Part shown: positions 53,426 through 64,000 of the stretch, one piece after another
Position numbering within the stretch: position 1 is the first letter of the stretch
How the letters are laid out: each line of letters begins with the position of its first letter
Assembly (NCBI GenBank): GCA_051362555.1
Contig: CM120643.1
Location: 25,920,848-25,984,847 of the forward strand
Direction: 5' to 3'
Source: Lingula anatina
Taxonomy: Eukaryota > Animalia > Brachiopoda
Length of the DNA: 64,000 nt
Translations under genes and position numbers: made by a program
The notes under the pieces: generated by a model
Database searches by the model: none
The model's input: only the letters and a program-made list of their open reading frames with translations
What the model was told of the DNA's origin: nothing

Positions 53426-56400
53426 ATATCAAAAGTATGCATGTATAGGTCCAGTTAATCCACAGATATTGGTATAACATTTATAATTAAGACCCCCCCC
53501 CCCCCCCCCCGAGACGAGAATTACCTATAAATGTTTAAACTGATGAAATTGCCAATTCCAAGCCATGCATAACGTAATATCTAATCTCATCATATGATCT
53601 ATTACATTCGCACAGGTGGTATACTGCTTTTATAATGATGATGTTTACCGAGAACGAAATTACACAATTGGTACATTTGCTGGCTCTTTAAGCTACGTTA
53701 GACGTGTCATGAAAATAATAACATGGCTCTGTTTCAGAAGATTTACTGTAAGAGAATTACAATGAAAATTAAAATTAAAGTATATTTATAATTAAGAAAC
53801 ACATGTGTACAGGATTTGTTCTCATTATAAATGGAGAATAATATTTTGAAACACGTTAAGCTCTGCTGGAGTTTAATCACTTAATTAATTTTCACTTTTC
53901 GGGAACTAAAAATGTTATTATGACACGCCATCAAAACTTTGCTTTGGAGAGCCTACACTGGCAATTGTCTCAGTCGCATAGCTGTGATTTGTTTTTAAAG
54001 TCATTCTGAATTACAATTCTTCAATGTGACTATAGCAGGATTTAATAACTTTAAGTCAAAGTTTAATTTTAACCTGAAAATGATGCCTCAATAGCCCATA
54101 AAAACTAGTTTGGTAAAATAGTCGAAACCAAACTTATCACAATGTTGGAAAAAAAAACATTTATTTTGGTTAAGTTGTTTAGACTCACTCTTCACATAAC
54201 TAGTTAAAACATTAAAACAAGTCAATTACACTTATTGAAGTTAGATTTCTCTGCAAGTGTTATGGTGTCGACGACGCCTAGTTGAAGCTTTCAAACGTGT
54301 ATTTATCAACTTACTTTTTACACAAAAACAAGAGCATTAAAACTTATATCTCCGTACGGATCACACGTTCACCCGTTTTTCGTCACATCCTCTTTTGCGG
54401 GATCAAATGAATTTTGATTTATGATTTGTCAATAACATACTGAATATATTGTTATAGCCAATATCTGTGAGCCTTGTTTTCAGTTAAACATCTAGAATAT
54501 TGAATCCCTTGCAAATCATACTTGGATAGTTCGCAAAGTCCTGTCTGCAGTTGTCGCATGTATACACGTTATAAAAAAATTACATTTTGATTGAGAGATT
54601 ATCCAATCAAATAGAACTTTAAGTGACTTTGACATTTTTCGCTACAATTAGTTTCTGAAAATTTTGTTCAAGGGACTTTCATATGCAAAGGTGTATATTT
54701 CTATTGGTCATCTTGGATATTTATAGTTGCCCAAGGTTGCTAAAGTGGTAACCAATATCAATTTGTTTAGGACCCCATGGAACCCCGAATCAAGACCACT
54801 CTTGGAAAAAAATTTCGCTTCGACTATAACATTACATTTTAGCTCAACGAAAATGTCCCGATGGAGCCATTGATATATTTTTTCAAATAAATCGAAAACT
54901 ATCTATACCCGGTATAGCTATGAGAGCTCTCGTCCAATAATTTAGGCATGAATTAACACCAACAGAGTGCATGTTGATCGTGACCAAAATTAATGTATGA
55001 TTAGAGAATGTGCGAGACTGTTCTAAGTGACTGATTACAGCTTCAGTCACTTAATGATATGGACATAACAGCCACCTGTTGGGTGTGGACGAGATTGCAC
55101 CTCAAGATCGCTCATTTTGACTGATAAGAATTCATCCCAATAAATGGGCAAGATGAAACGAAAATAGTAGAATATACTCAGTCCATAGCTTAAGCCTCAC
55201 GTGGTAAAAAATGCTAAGATTGAGACAGACCCGAGCTCCATAGATCGCGGGAAATTCTCCTCTATCTGCATCTTTAAGGTGGGACACATCAGCATTGGCT
55301 ACAAGTGCCTTGATAAGGCATTGGTTGCAGTCAGGATCTTAGGCTGCCATTTAAGGGGTTTCCCCCTTAGAGATTTTTGAAAAATATTTTTTTGGTATTT
55401 TGAAACCTTTTCCCTATTCCTTAATCCTAATCCATCACTACTTTTTTTTAGTCTGTGAGAAGATTAGTATCACCGGCGATACAAATATATGTTTATATGT
55501 ATTGCAGTCCTTCAATAGCCCCCTTCCCGAAAATCCATTGCTTGATGTTGATCTGAATTTTTATAATTAGAAATACGGTATGTCTGGGTTGATAGAGTAG
55601 CAGCTTCACTATACACAGGGGAGAAAGAACATATAAGTCACCATAATTTACAAATATGTTTTTTAAAGATTAAATCTGGACTTATTGCCAAATATCACAG
55701 AAATAGCATAGAGTTGCGTTACATTATTTTCATTACTTTTTGTTCTGTATGGTATGGGTGGATAATAAAAGAGAACATTTACGATCAGAAAGTAGAAGAA
55801 GGTGCGGTATTAAGTGTGTATTCCCAGCAAGCTACCCTGGATATAATACTAATGTCCATTTTAACTAAATTTATAGATAGTTCACATCTCGTGAAAGCTG
55901 CTGTCTATATTGTCATTTTGATGTTTTCTCGTGTCATTTGGAACGCTGTGATATTTAAGGCATCGTGCCGTCGATCTTTTTCACTTTATCTTCTTGTGCA
56001 TAAAAATTACAGCTGACATAAAATAGTGCCCGACGAAGAAAACAGAGAACAACATTTGATAATTGTTGTGCGTTCCAGCTCTGTTCAGACGTTGTTTTTC
56101 TTCCTATATAAATGTATTCGTGTGGAACTGTCGAGACGTCCTGTTATTTCACACACAGTAAAGCACGGAACATTCAAACATGAAAACGAAAACAGATTAC
56201 ATCATTTGTCATTCTTGTCCATCACGAAATTATGAGACAGACCCGAACTCCAGACCACGGGAAATCCTCCTCTATCTGCATCTTTAAGGTGTTTTTTACG
56301 GAATGGGCGGATAACAAAAGAGAAACTGTATGATCAGAAGGTAGAAGAAGGTGCGGTTTTTAATGTATTTTCCCAGCATGCTAACCTGGATATAATACTA

Positions 56401-56786
56401 ATGTCCATTAATACAGCTGACATAAAATAATGCCTGGCGAAGAAAATGGAAAACAAATTATGATAATTGTTGTGCGTGCCAGCTCTGTGAAGACATTTTG
56501 TTCCTTCCTTCCTTTACGGAATGGGCGGATAATAAAAGAGAAAATTTACGATCAGAAAGTAGGAGAAGGTGCGGTTTTAAATGTATATTCCCAGCATGCT
56601 ACCCTGGATATAATTCAATTCAATTCAATTTATTTCTGTACTGGTACATAGATTATCATGACCTTGTACAATATAATATACTGATGACAATACAATTGGT
56701 GCATTAACATTTCTCTAGTTGGTAATTGTGTAGCCTGTTTGTAAGTGAAAAATATATTTATATCTTTTATATAATCAACAGACGTA

Positions 56787-57830
56787 GGGTAGACCGGGGC
56801 TAAACGCCCCCCTTAAGCAAGAAACATCACAATTTTCCCTGCTGAAGGTATAGACCGTTCAAAGTGGGTGTTAACTATGAAGGGCTGACTAGACTACAAA
56901 CTGATACTAACACTTTTGGAAACAAACAAAAGAAAAACCTTATAGGTAAAAAATAGGTAAATTATAAAATCGGCCTTTTTGCCCCATGGCTGGGGCATTA
57001 CGCCTCGCACCACGGGGCTAAACGCCCACCGTGGGCGTCTTGCCCCAAACTATAGGCGTTATGCCCCGCCTTTGTACAAAGGAAAATAAAATCAAATTAT
57101 ATTTCTACGAAACAACTTAGTAAGCCTTTAAAAGCAACATATAGGCCTAATATTTTGGGGTACTGAGATAATAAAAATACCCATCAAATTTATTCAGAAT
57201 GAGCTGTAATTCTACTCTTTACGACAGGGCACTGTGATACTTCCAAAATTAAGTTCCTAGTACAGCCACTTGCTTTGGCTTTTCCCCATATAAGTGTTAT
57301 AACTGATGATATACAATAAAAAAACATGCATGAAAGAACACTTCCGCATCTTTTTAGAATTATTTTTTATTTAAAAACGAAAGGGGGGCAAAACGCCCAG
57401 TGATCGGGGCAAAACGCCCACTATAGGCGTTTTGCCCCATATCAGCATGGGCGTTTTGCCCCAAAGTGAGATTTTGTATATTTTTTCAAAATTCGGCGGG
57501 AAAGGTTTTATACAATCTGACTTCATCGAATCTTGTATGGAGGTCTGATACCATCCTATCTGTCACCAACAAAGTTTTTTGAATTTCGTGCATTTGGTAT
57601 GTGGTGTCACTGATGTTAAGGAAAAGGCTAAATAACATTAAACAAGGCAAAAATGAACAAATTATCATAAAATGCTTATTTTTTAGTTTGTGGTCATCTC
57701 CGTCATGGAGGATTAGTCTGCTGGAAATCGGAAGTGAACAAAACATCACGAGACGCGTATTTATACGTAATACCTGAAAAAAAGCGGGTGGGCGTTTGAC
57801 CCCGACTGGGCGTTTAGCCCCGGTCTACCC
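56787..57830. mobile_element. TA-TSD non-autonomous DNA transposon (pogo/mariner-like) nested in the LINE
   Basis: Perfect TIR GGGTAGACCGGGGCTAAACGCCC; TA on both sides; internal GGGGC(A/T)AAACGCCC repeats. Confidence 0.88.
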
Positions 57831-58406
57831 TACTAGGTAAATTATTGGTGAGATGAACCTTGGTGTAATTATATAGCCTATTTACCATATTTATAAAAGC
57901 GAGAGGCATATGGATACAATCACATGTTACACAAAAGGAGCGGTTCAAACTTTCAAGAGAGGGAGAACTACAGTTACATAAGAAATGGATAAGTAAATAA
58001 CACAGACACACAGGTATAAATACTGTGACTCTTGACCATGTGCCATGTTTAGTCCCACTGCCGAGTCACTTCTCACAAAAGTGGGACCATACAATGACAT
58101 TTATTAATATGCTAAGAGTTACCAAGCAGAGCAACCACTTCATTTCTTTTCTTGAATGTTTTTATTATAAAATTGGAAAGGGAGACTAAAATATCTTTGA
58201 TGGCGCTGTTAAATACTTGGCATAATTGACTGTCTGGTGACCTTGTATCAGCTTTTAGGGTTGAGATTTTACTTAAAAGGTGTCTCGGTCTGCTTTGTTC
58301 ATTGGGCATTGGAATAGAAAATGGTATTCATCTTCAATTACCCCTTGGGTGCACAGGCGACAGATTCTGTCGCACCTTTCAGTTTTTGGCCTGGTGTGCC
58401 GCCCAG

Positions 58407-59090
58407 GGGCCGGTTTCACAAAGCAGTAGTTAGTTAGCGATCGGTAGTTAGCCTCTCGCTAGTTATAGTGCCGTTTCACGAAGCAGTCGCTAGTTCTCTC
58501 GCTCGTTATTGTCTCGTTGTTACCTTGGATATTTAACGACTGGTCAGACCAGTCGCTAACTATAGAGTTTCATCGTACGCATGCGTAATGAGTGAAATAA
58601 AAAGGTTGCTTAGTTACCGTTGTCTGTCGTTTGTCTTTGTATCCAATATGGCGGCTACCTTTCTTGCTATCCGTACCCCCAGACGGCAACGTAGACTACG
58701 TTTTCATAAAAGGCAGAATCTATTAGAATATACACACGATGATGCAATTTACGAGAGGTTGCGCCTAGCTGTGACAAAAAGAGCGGCAAAAAGGTGGTGG
58801 AGATCCTTTATGACGACCTCAAAGCAGACGTTCTTATGCATTTCCAGCCACCAAAAATGGGAGAGTTAGTGCTTTCGTGACACTTTTACGCAAGAGTTCC
58901 ACTTCCGGCAGACGGTTTCGAGACTACGGTGAGTAACGAGAGAACTAACGACCGAACTTTACGACTGAACTTAGCGATAAGTTAACTACTGCTTCGTGAA
59001 ACACCCCTCGAAAATCGCTAAGTTTGCTCGTTAGCGAGGTAGTTCAGTAGTTAGTTGTTCTAACTAACTACTGCTTTGTGAAACCGGCCC
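58407..59090 (+). mobile_element. PIF/Harbinger deletion derivative nested in the LINE
   Basis: Perfect TIR GGGCCGGTTTCACAAAGCAGTAGTTAGTTAG; 3-bp TSD CAG. Internal peptide MAATFLAI...RFHKRQNLLEYTHDDAIYERLRL resembles a Harbinger transposase N-terminus. Confidence 0.9.
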
Positions 59091-60249
59091 CAGTTTCGAT
59101 GTGGAGTTTACGGTCGCTAAGACGTAGCTTAGCAAGGGTTGATAGAGTGTCATAATTTGTTATTTTATCAACGTAAGTTGCCTTTTTACATTTTTTGGTT
59201 AAGTATATGGAAGAGAGACATTTTACTGTTGGCTTGAAGTTTACTATTGCATATTTGGGCATAGTGGTCGATTTGTCTTTGTTTGAAAATTGTGGTGAAT
59301 TTTTTTGGAGGTGACTGGCTAAGCCACATCCCCAAGGCCAAATGTGAAAAGGAGTTTTCGGATCCCCTCAGACCATGACATACAAGCCGGTCTGAGGGTG
59401 TGGACTGAGGGTGTCAGAGGGTGTCAGTAACTTGTCATTTGGAACGCTGTGATATTTAAGGTATCGTGTCGTCGATCTTTTTCACTTTATCTTCTTGTGC
59501 ATAACAATTACAGCTGACATAACAATTACAGCTGGCGAGGAAAAAAGAGAACAAAATTTGATAATTTTTGTGCGTTCCATTTCTGTTAAGACATTGTTTT
59601 TCTTCCTATATAAATGTATTCGTGTGGAACTGTAGAGACATCCTGTTATTGCACACTTATGCACGGAACATGTAAACATGAAAACGAAAACAGATTACAT
59701 AATTTGTCATTCTTGTCCATCACGAAATTATGAGACAGACCCGAGCTCCATAGATCACGGGAAATTCTACTCTATCTGCATCTTTAAGGTGGGACAACAG
59801 TATTAGCTGTAAGTGCCTTGATAAGCCTTAGATTGCAGGCAGGACCGTACGCTCTTTTTGGGGGGGGGGGGGGGGGGGGTCCCCCCTAAGAGATTTTTGA
59901 AAAAGAATTCTTTGGGTATCTTGAAACCTTTTCCCAATTCCTTAATCCTAGTACACCACATGTCTCTTACTTTTCTTTCAATTTGTATTGCAGTACTTCA
60001 ATAGCCCCCTTCCCCAAAATCCATTGCCTAATGTTGATCTGAGTTTTCAGAACTAGAAATGCGGTTTGTCTGGGTTGACAGAGTCGCAGCTTCACTTTAA
60101 ACAGGGAAGCAAGAACATATATGTCACCATGTTTTACAAATATCTTACTTAAAGATTAAACCAGTACTTATTGCCAAATAGCACAAAAATGGCACATAAT
60201 TTCCTTACATTATTTCCTATACTTCGACGTATAACTCCCAGCCAAAGCT

Positions 60250-60505
60250 ATGTTGCTTTTTTTTTTTTTTTTTTTTTTTTTACATTTTTTCCTGTTTGCA
60301 TTTTTCAACTCAGATTTTTTCAGATAAAAATTTATTTAGTAAGAATCCTATCTCCCGTCGAGTGGGTAATATTAAAGAGTTGTCCGGATGTCATTTTAAC
60401 TTTACAAGGCAATTATACGACCAGATGACAGCAACATTAGGATTTCCGGCCAGCTTGACCGAAGTCGCTCTGAAAACGATGGACTCATTGTGTGTCTTTA
60501 ATTAT
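60250..60505 (+). pseudogene. GPCR copy 5, pseudogene with only the 5' end remaining
   Basis: CCAAAGCTATG start context, poly-T expansion and frameshifts, NPISRRVGNIKELSGCHFNFTRQLYDQ; homology stops at ~60505. Confidence 0.88.
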
Positions 60506-61179
60506 ATTTTATTTGTAATGGTTAATCGTGTCACACCTCTGTGTTTTCCAAGGGCAGTATCATAGATATTCTGCTATTCAACACAGATATCGTACATTTG
60601 GGCGTTTTTGGTAATAGACGTGAGAGATGACATTATAAGTACACAAAGTGTGGAAATCTTCATATCTCTTTACCTTATTAAAATCAAACAGCGAATCTGA
60701 CCCACGTCTTTGTGATTTCTAGGCTTCACTACTGTATAACATGTAGCCTATTGCCAGCCGACGCCGTATAAATCCACCCACACCCTTTCTGGTGACAGTT
60801 GGTCGCACCCCATCCACGTTTTCGTCTCCAGTGCTTGGGTCCCTGGAACATGAGGTTGTACGCAGCAAGCCCCGGGTATGTAGCACATAGCGGCTAGTTT
60901 GCTGAATTCGTATTTGCCTGATGTCAGGCAATGCATGGGAGTCACCATAGAGTTCTGGGTTTACCATATGATCCTTTCAGAGAATATTCGGGGCCATCCT
61001 AACCAGTACCATGTGTGTATTCACTCTCTCTAGTGCCCCCTCCTCTTTTAAACCTCCTCTACATTGGACGGCCTCCTTTGTGCGACCATGAAATGGTATC
61101 ACTGTGGTCGTAGAAAGGAGGCACAAGCATCGCTTTGGTTGCAGAATGAATGCTCAATGATCGGCCAGTTGTCGGCACG

Positions 61180-61333
61180 TTAAGTATTATTTTTCTTTTT
61201 ACTCTCAAACTCTTACTTTTTATTAGTTTCAGATTAAACTTTGTAGTTTTAGATTTAATATGTAATGATTATTGTAAGCAGAGCTGAGATGTATGTGTAG
61301 CGCGTTTTCAAGACTTACATCATCATCACCATC

Positions 61334-61368
<35 letters not shown>
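61180..61368 (+). mobile_element. Probable short LINE/SINE 3' end with (CAT)/(ATT)n tail
   Basis: TGTAAGC...GAGATGT...TAGCGCG followed by (ATT)n resembles L2-type 3' ends. Confidence 0.4.
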
Positions 61369-61594
61369 GCAGATAAACTTGTACCCAAACATTTAATCAA
61401 TGAATGTTCATTTTTATCATCATGCATATGAATTTTGCTGTCTTGAAGCTTATGAGAGGCTAATGATATTTACCAATGACAGGCATTCTTACAATTATTC
61501 ATGCCATGCCATATAAATAAGGCACATTTCGCTTAATCTTTTATTCAGCGCAAACTGCGGAAACTACTATTACATCGAACACCAAGTCAAAGTT

Positions 61595-62416
61595 ATGGTG
61601 TTTTACATTATTCCCATTTGCATTATGCAACTATCATTGTTTCAAATTAACAATTTGTTTGGTGAAAATCCTGTTTGGCGGCGAGTGGGAAGAATTCAAG
61701 TTCTTTCCGCTTGTCACTTCAACCTTACAAGGCAATTGTACCACCAAATGACTCCAACATTAGGAATGCCTATCAGCATTATAGAGGTCGCCCTGAAAAC
61801 GATGGATTCATCATGTCTCTTAAATTACACCAATATGTTGGACGCGAGGCGCAGGACTATTGTTTTAATGGGCGTTGAAAAAGAAAATTGCTCTCAGCTG
61901 ACGAACAGCGCAAAAAGAAGCGACTTTGTCGAGTTTAAGGAGACGGTCGACGGTTTGATACAAGATGGCCTGGAGCGCATGTCTCAAATCGTCTACGAAA
62001 CCGATATTGAATGGGGAAACTTTTTAGCGGTGTTAAAAGTATACATATATACTGTGTATATTCTTTGTCCGTTGTCCTTTTTGTGCAACATTATCCTCGT
62101 CGTTGTTGTTGTTAGCGGCGAAAGAAAACTGAAAAGAAGATCAGAAACCAAGTCCTCCTTGTCTATCACACTTGGAATAGCGCACTTGCTTAGAGCATTG
62201 AGTGAATTATTGGTAGGGATAGTGACCGATTCAAATCAGATAGTACATTTCACTGGGCTCCCAAGTGCCTTTTGCAACACGTTATTCACTGCAGACATTT
62301 TCACCTCAGACTGGGCTGCAGTTCTCATCTTCATCATAACACTTGACAGGTTTCTTTTTGTCTGTTTCCCGTTCAAAACCAGTTTCATATGCGCCAGAAA
62401 AACTCTCTTCAAGTCG
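61595..62416 (+). CDS. GPCR copy 6, exon 1, with a short ectodomain (591-nt in-frame deletion); exon 2 lies outside the window or is lost
   Basis: 274 open codons; WGN joins directly to FLAVLKV; donor AAGTCG|GTAAGT; intron homologous to the other copies until ~62798. Confidence 0.8.
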
Positions 62417-62798
62417 GTAAGTGTTGACGACATCAATTTTTTTCAGAATAAAGAAAATGACAGATCTTTTACGATTAAGTTGACTTCAATATTTTTATTT
62501 TCGTCTAAACAAAATCTCTTAAATTTTAAGACGTATCAAATGCTTAATACTGACAGTTCATTCCATATTTTGCAAACTGACTGAGAATTATGAAGTGAGA
62601 TTCAGTAAGTTTCCATATTGTTGAGCTGTATCTGTTTCATCAGGCTGCACTGTCGTTATTAAAATAGACATTGGAGCAAGTATTTTTGTCTCGTTTGTCC
62701 ACTCATTTTTGGAGGGTGGGGGAAGGGCCGAAGCTAGTGATACATGCCCCAGCATGCACGTAGATCCACCAATAATATGCAGAAACTTACACCATCTG

Positions 62799-62960
62799 GG
62801 CCCGGTTTCATCAAGGCTGGATAGGCTATCCTATGGATAACACTATTCAAGGTATAAATCTCTTATCCTCTGTATAGTTATCCTCTGTATAAAATTGTGT
62901 TTCATAAAGGCTGGATAAACAGCATGATAGTAATCCAGTGGATAAAAATTAATCCAATAC
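62799..62960. mobile_element. Left end of a Harbinger-like element inserted in the copy 6 intron
   Basis: Intron homology breaks after CCATCTG; GGCCCGGTTTCA start followed by GGATA/TATCC repeats; right TIR not seen. Confidence 0.55.
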
Positions 62961-64000
62961 CATATTTGGTAAAACACATTCCCATAATGCAGTTGGTTGC
63001 TATAAACATTATAATAGCCATGATAGTTGCTAACAAAAAAGTGATCTATACCATATTTGGAAAATAAATTACCCATAATAAACAATATTATCAGTATATT
63101 TCAAGATGGCACATTCATTAAAATAATGGGGAAAATATCTACAGGATATTTTAGTGTCAGAGTCACAACTACATCACATTGCATTAGTTGTGCCTCATGC
63201 AATGTTTACGGCTATTTCACAATCAGATGTACACTTTATGGTCCACTTTCGACCAAATATGAACTTCACCAAACAGAGGTTTGAACATCAGTAGGACATT
63301 GGTATAGATCTTGGGCATAATCCCTTCAAATGTTTTTGCACCGTTTCTCTTTGTTTTTGTTTGACACTAAAATGACTGGATGGTCTCAAACAGGGGACGG
63401 ACGCTACATTTTTACAAGTCAGTTACTTTCACATGATGAATAAAACATAATAATTGGAAAATATTTATTTTAATAAGCATAATTTTATACACATGAATTG
63501 TACATGCAATGAAAACCTCAAAATTTCAATCAACTGTGAGCTATTTTTTTCCAAAATGTGCGGTTTCATGATGCATGGCCACATTTCTTTTGCAAATAAA
63601 AATAAAATGTTGTGTGATTAAGATCAAATCAGGGGATTCCATCAATGATTTGAAATCTTATTTTGATATGACAAAGGCCTGACCATAAGAATGACTATAA
63701 CATGTTAAGAAAGAGTGCTAAAATTTCATGACTTGGTATGTAACACACTTGGGGACGGACGCTACACCAAAACATGTCATTTTTACATCCCCATTCCAAA
63801 ACATTAACTGTATTAAAAGGAATAAACAGTTCGACAACAAATTTACAAATCAATAACAGAAGCGGATCCAGAGATATTTTCTGAAGTATTACAAATTCAG
63901 GCCTACCCAACTACCAGACTCGGCACCAAATGATCCTGAATTTACCGGTAGATCGGACTAAACTACCAGTTTTCAAGGTGTGTATCAGTACGCGCTTTGA

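Larger units (their letters stand above)
56613..59280 (-). mobile_element. L2/CR1-superclade LINE 3' portion with (ATTGA)n tail, interrupted by two DNA transposons
   Basis: Minus strand reads LAKLRLSDRKLHIETG|RHTRPKTERCDRICRLCTQGVIEDEYHFLFQCP across the Harbinger insertion; AATAAA then (TTGAA)n at ~56613-56635. Confidence 0.85.
55221..60240 (+). repeat. Local triplication of the receptor upstream block in unit 5 (copies start ~55222, ~56234, ~59732)
   Basis: GAGACAGACCCGA(G/A)CTCCA recurs three times; CCATCACGAAATTAT ends the first two copies. Confidence 0.85.
15455..62800 (+). repeat. Tandem segmental duplication array of receptor-gene units (unit starts ~15455, ~24190, ~34160, ~42215, ~54800; sixth gene from ~61560)
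   Basis: Shared non-coding landmarks, e.g. TTGATCGTGA(C/T)CAAAA(G/T)TAATGTATGATTAG at ~15661, 24357, 34341, 42422 and 54974, with collinear flanks around each gene. Confidence 0.92.

Overview
AT-rich, intron-containing animal genomic DNA, most likely from an invertebrate such as a mollusc or other lophotrochozoan (an inference from gene and repeat style). It is not prokaryotic. The first ~13 kb holds a spliced minus-strand SLC34 (NaPi-II, SLC34A2-like) sodium/phosphate cotransporter gene. From ~15.4 kb to the end of the window is a tandem array of ~8-12 kb duplicated units on the plus strand. Each unit carries a two-exon gene for an unusual rhodopsin-class (DRF motif) 7TM receptor. The receptor has a predicted signal peptide and a ~320-aa Cys-rich, heavily N-glycosylated ectodomain that I cannot assign to a known family. 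There are four intact ~645-aa copies, one truncated pseudogene, and one copy with a clean in-frame deletion of about 60% of the ectodomain. The units also carry a decayed upstream ORF, inserted receptor fragments and mosaic sequence patches. Many lineage-specific transposon insertions (L1/Tx1 and L2-type LINEs, LTR remnants, Kolobok-, Harbinger-, IS3EU-, Sola- and mariner-like non-autonomous elements) are present, and several can be bounded against empty paralogous sites. All calls were made by eye without database searches.
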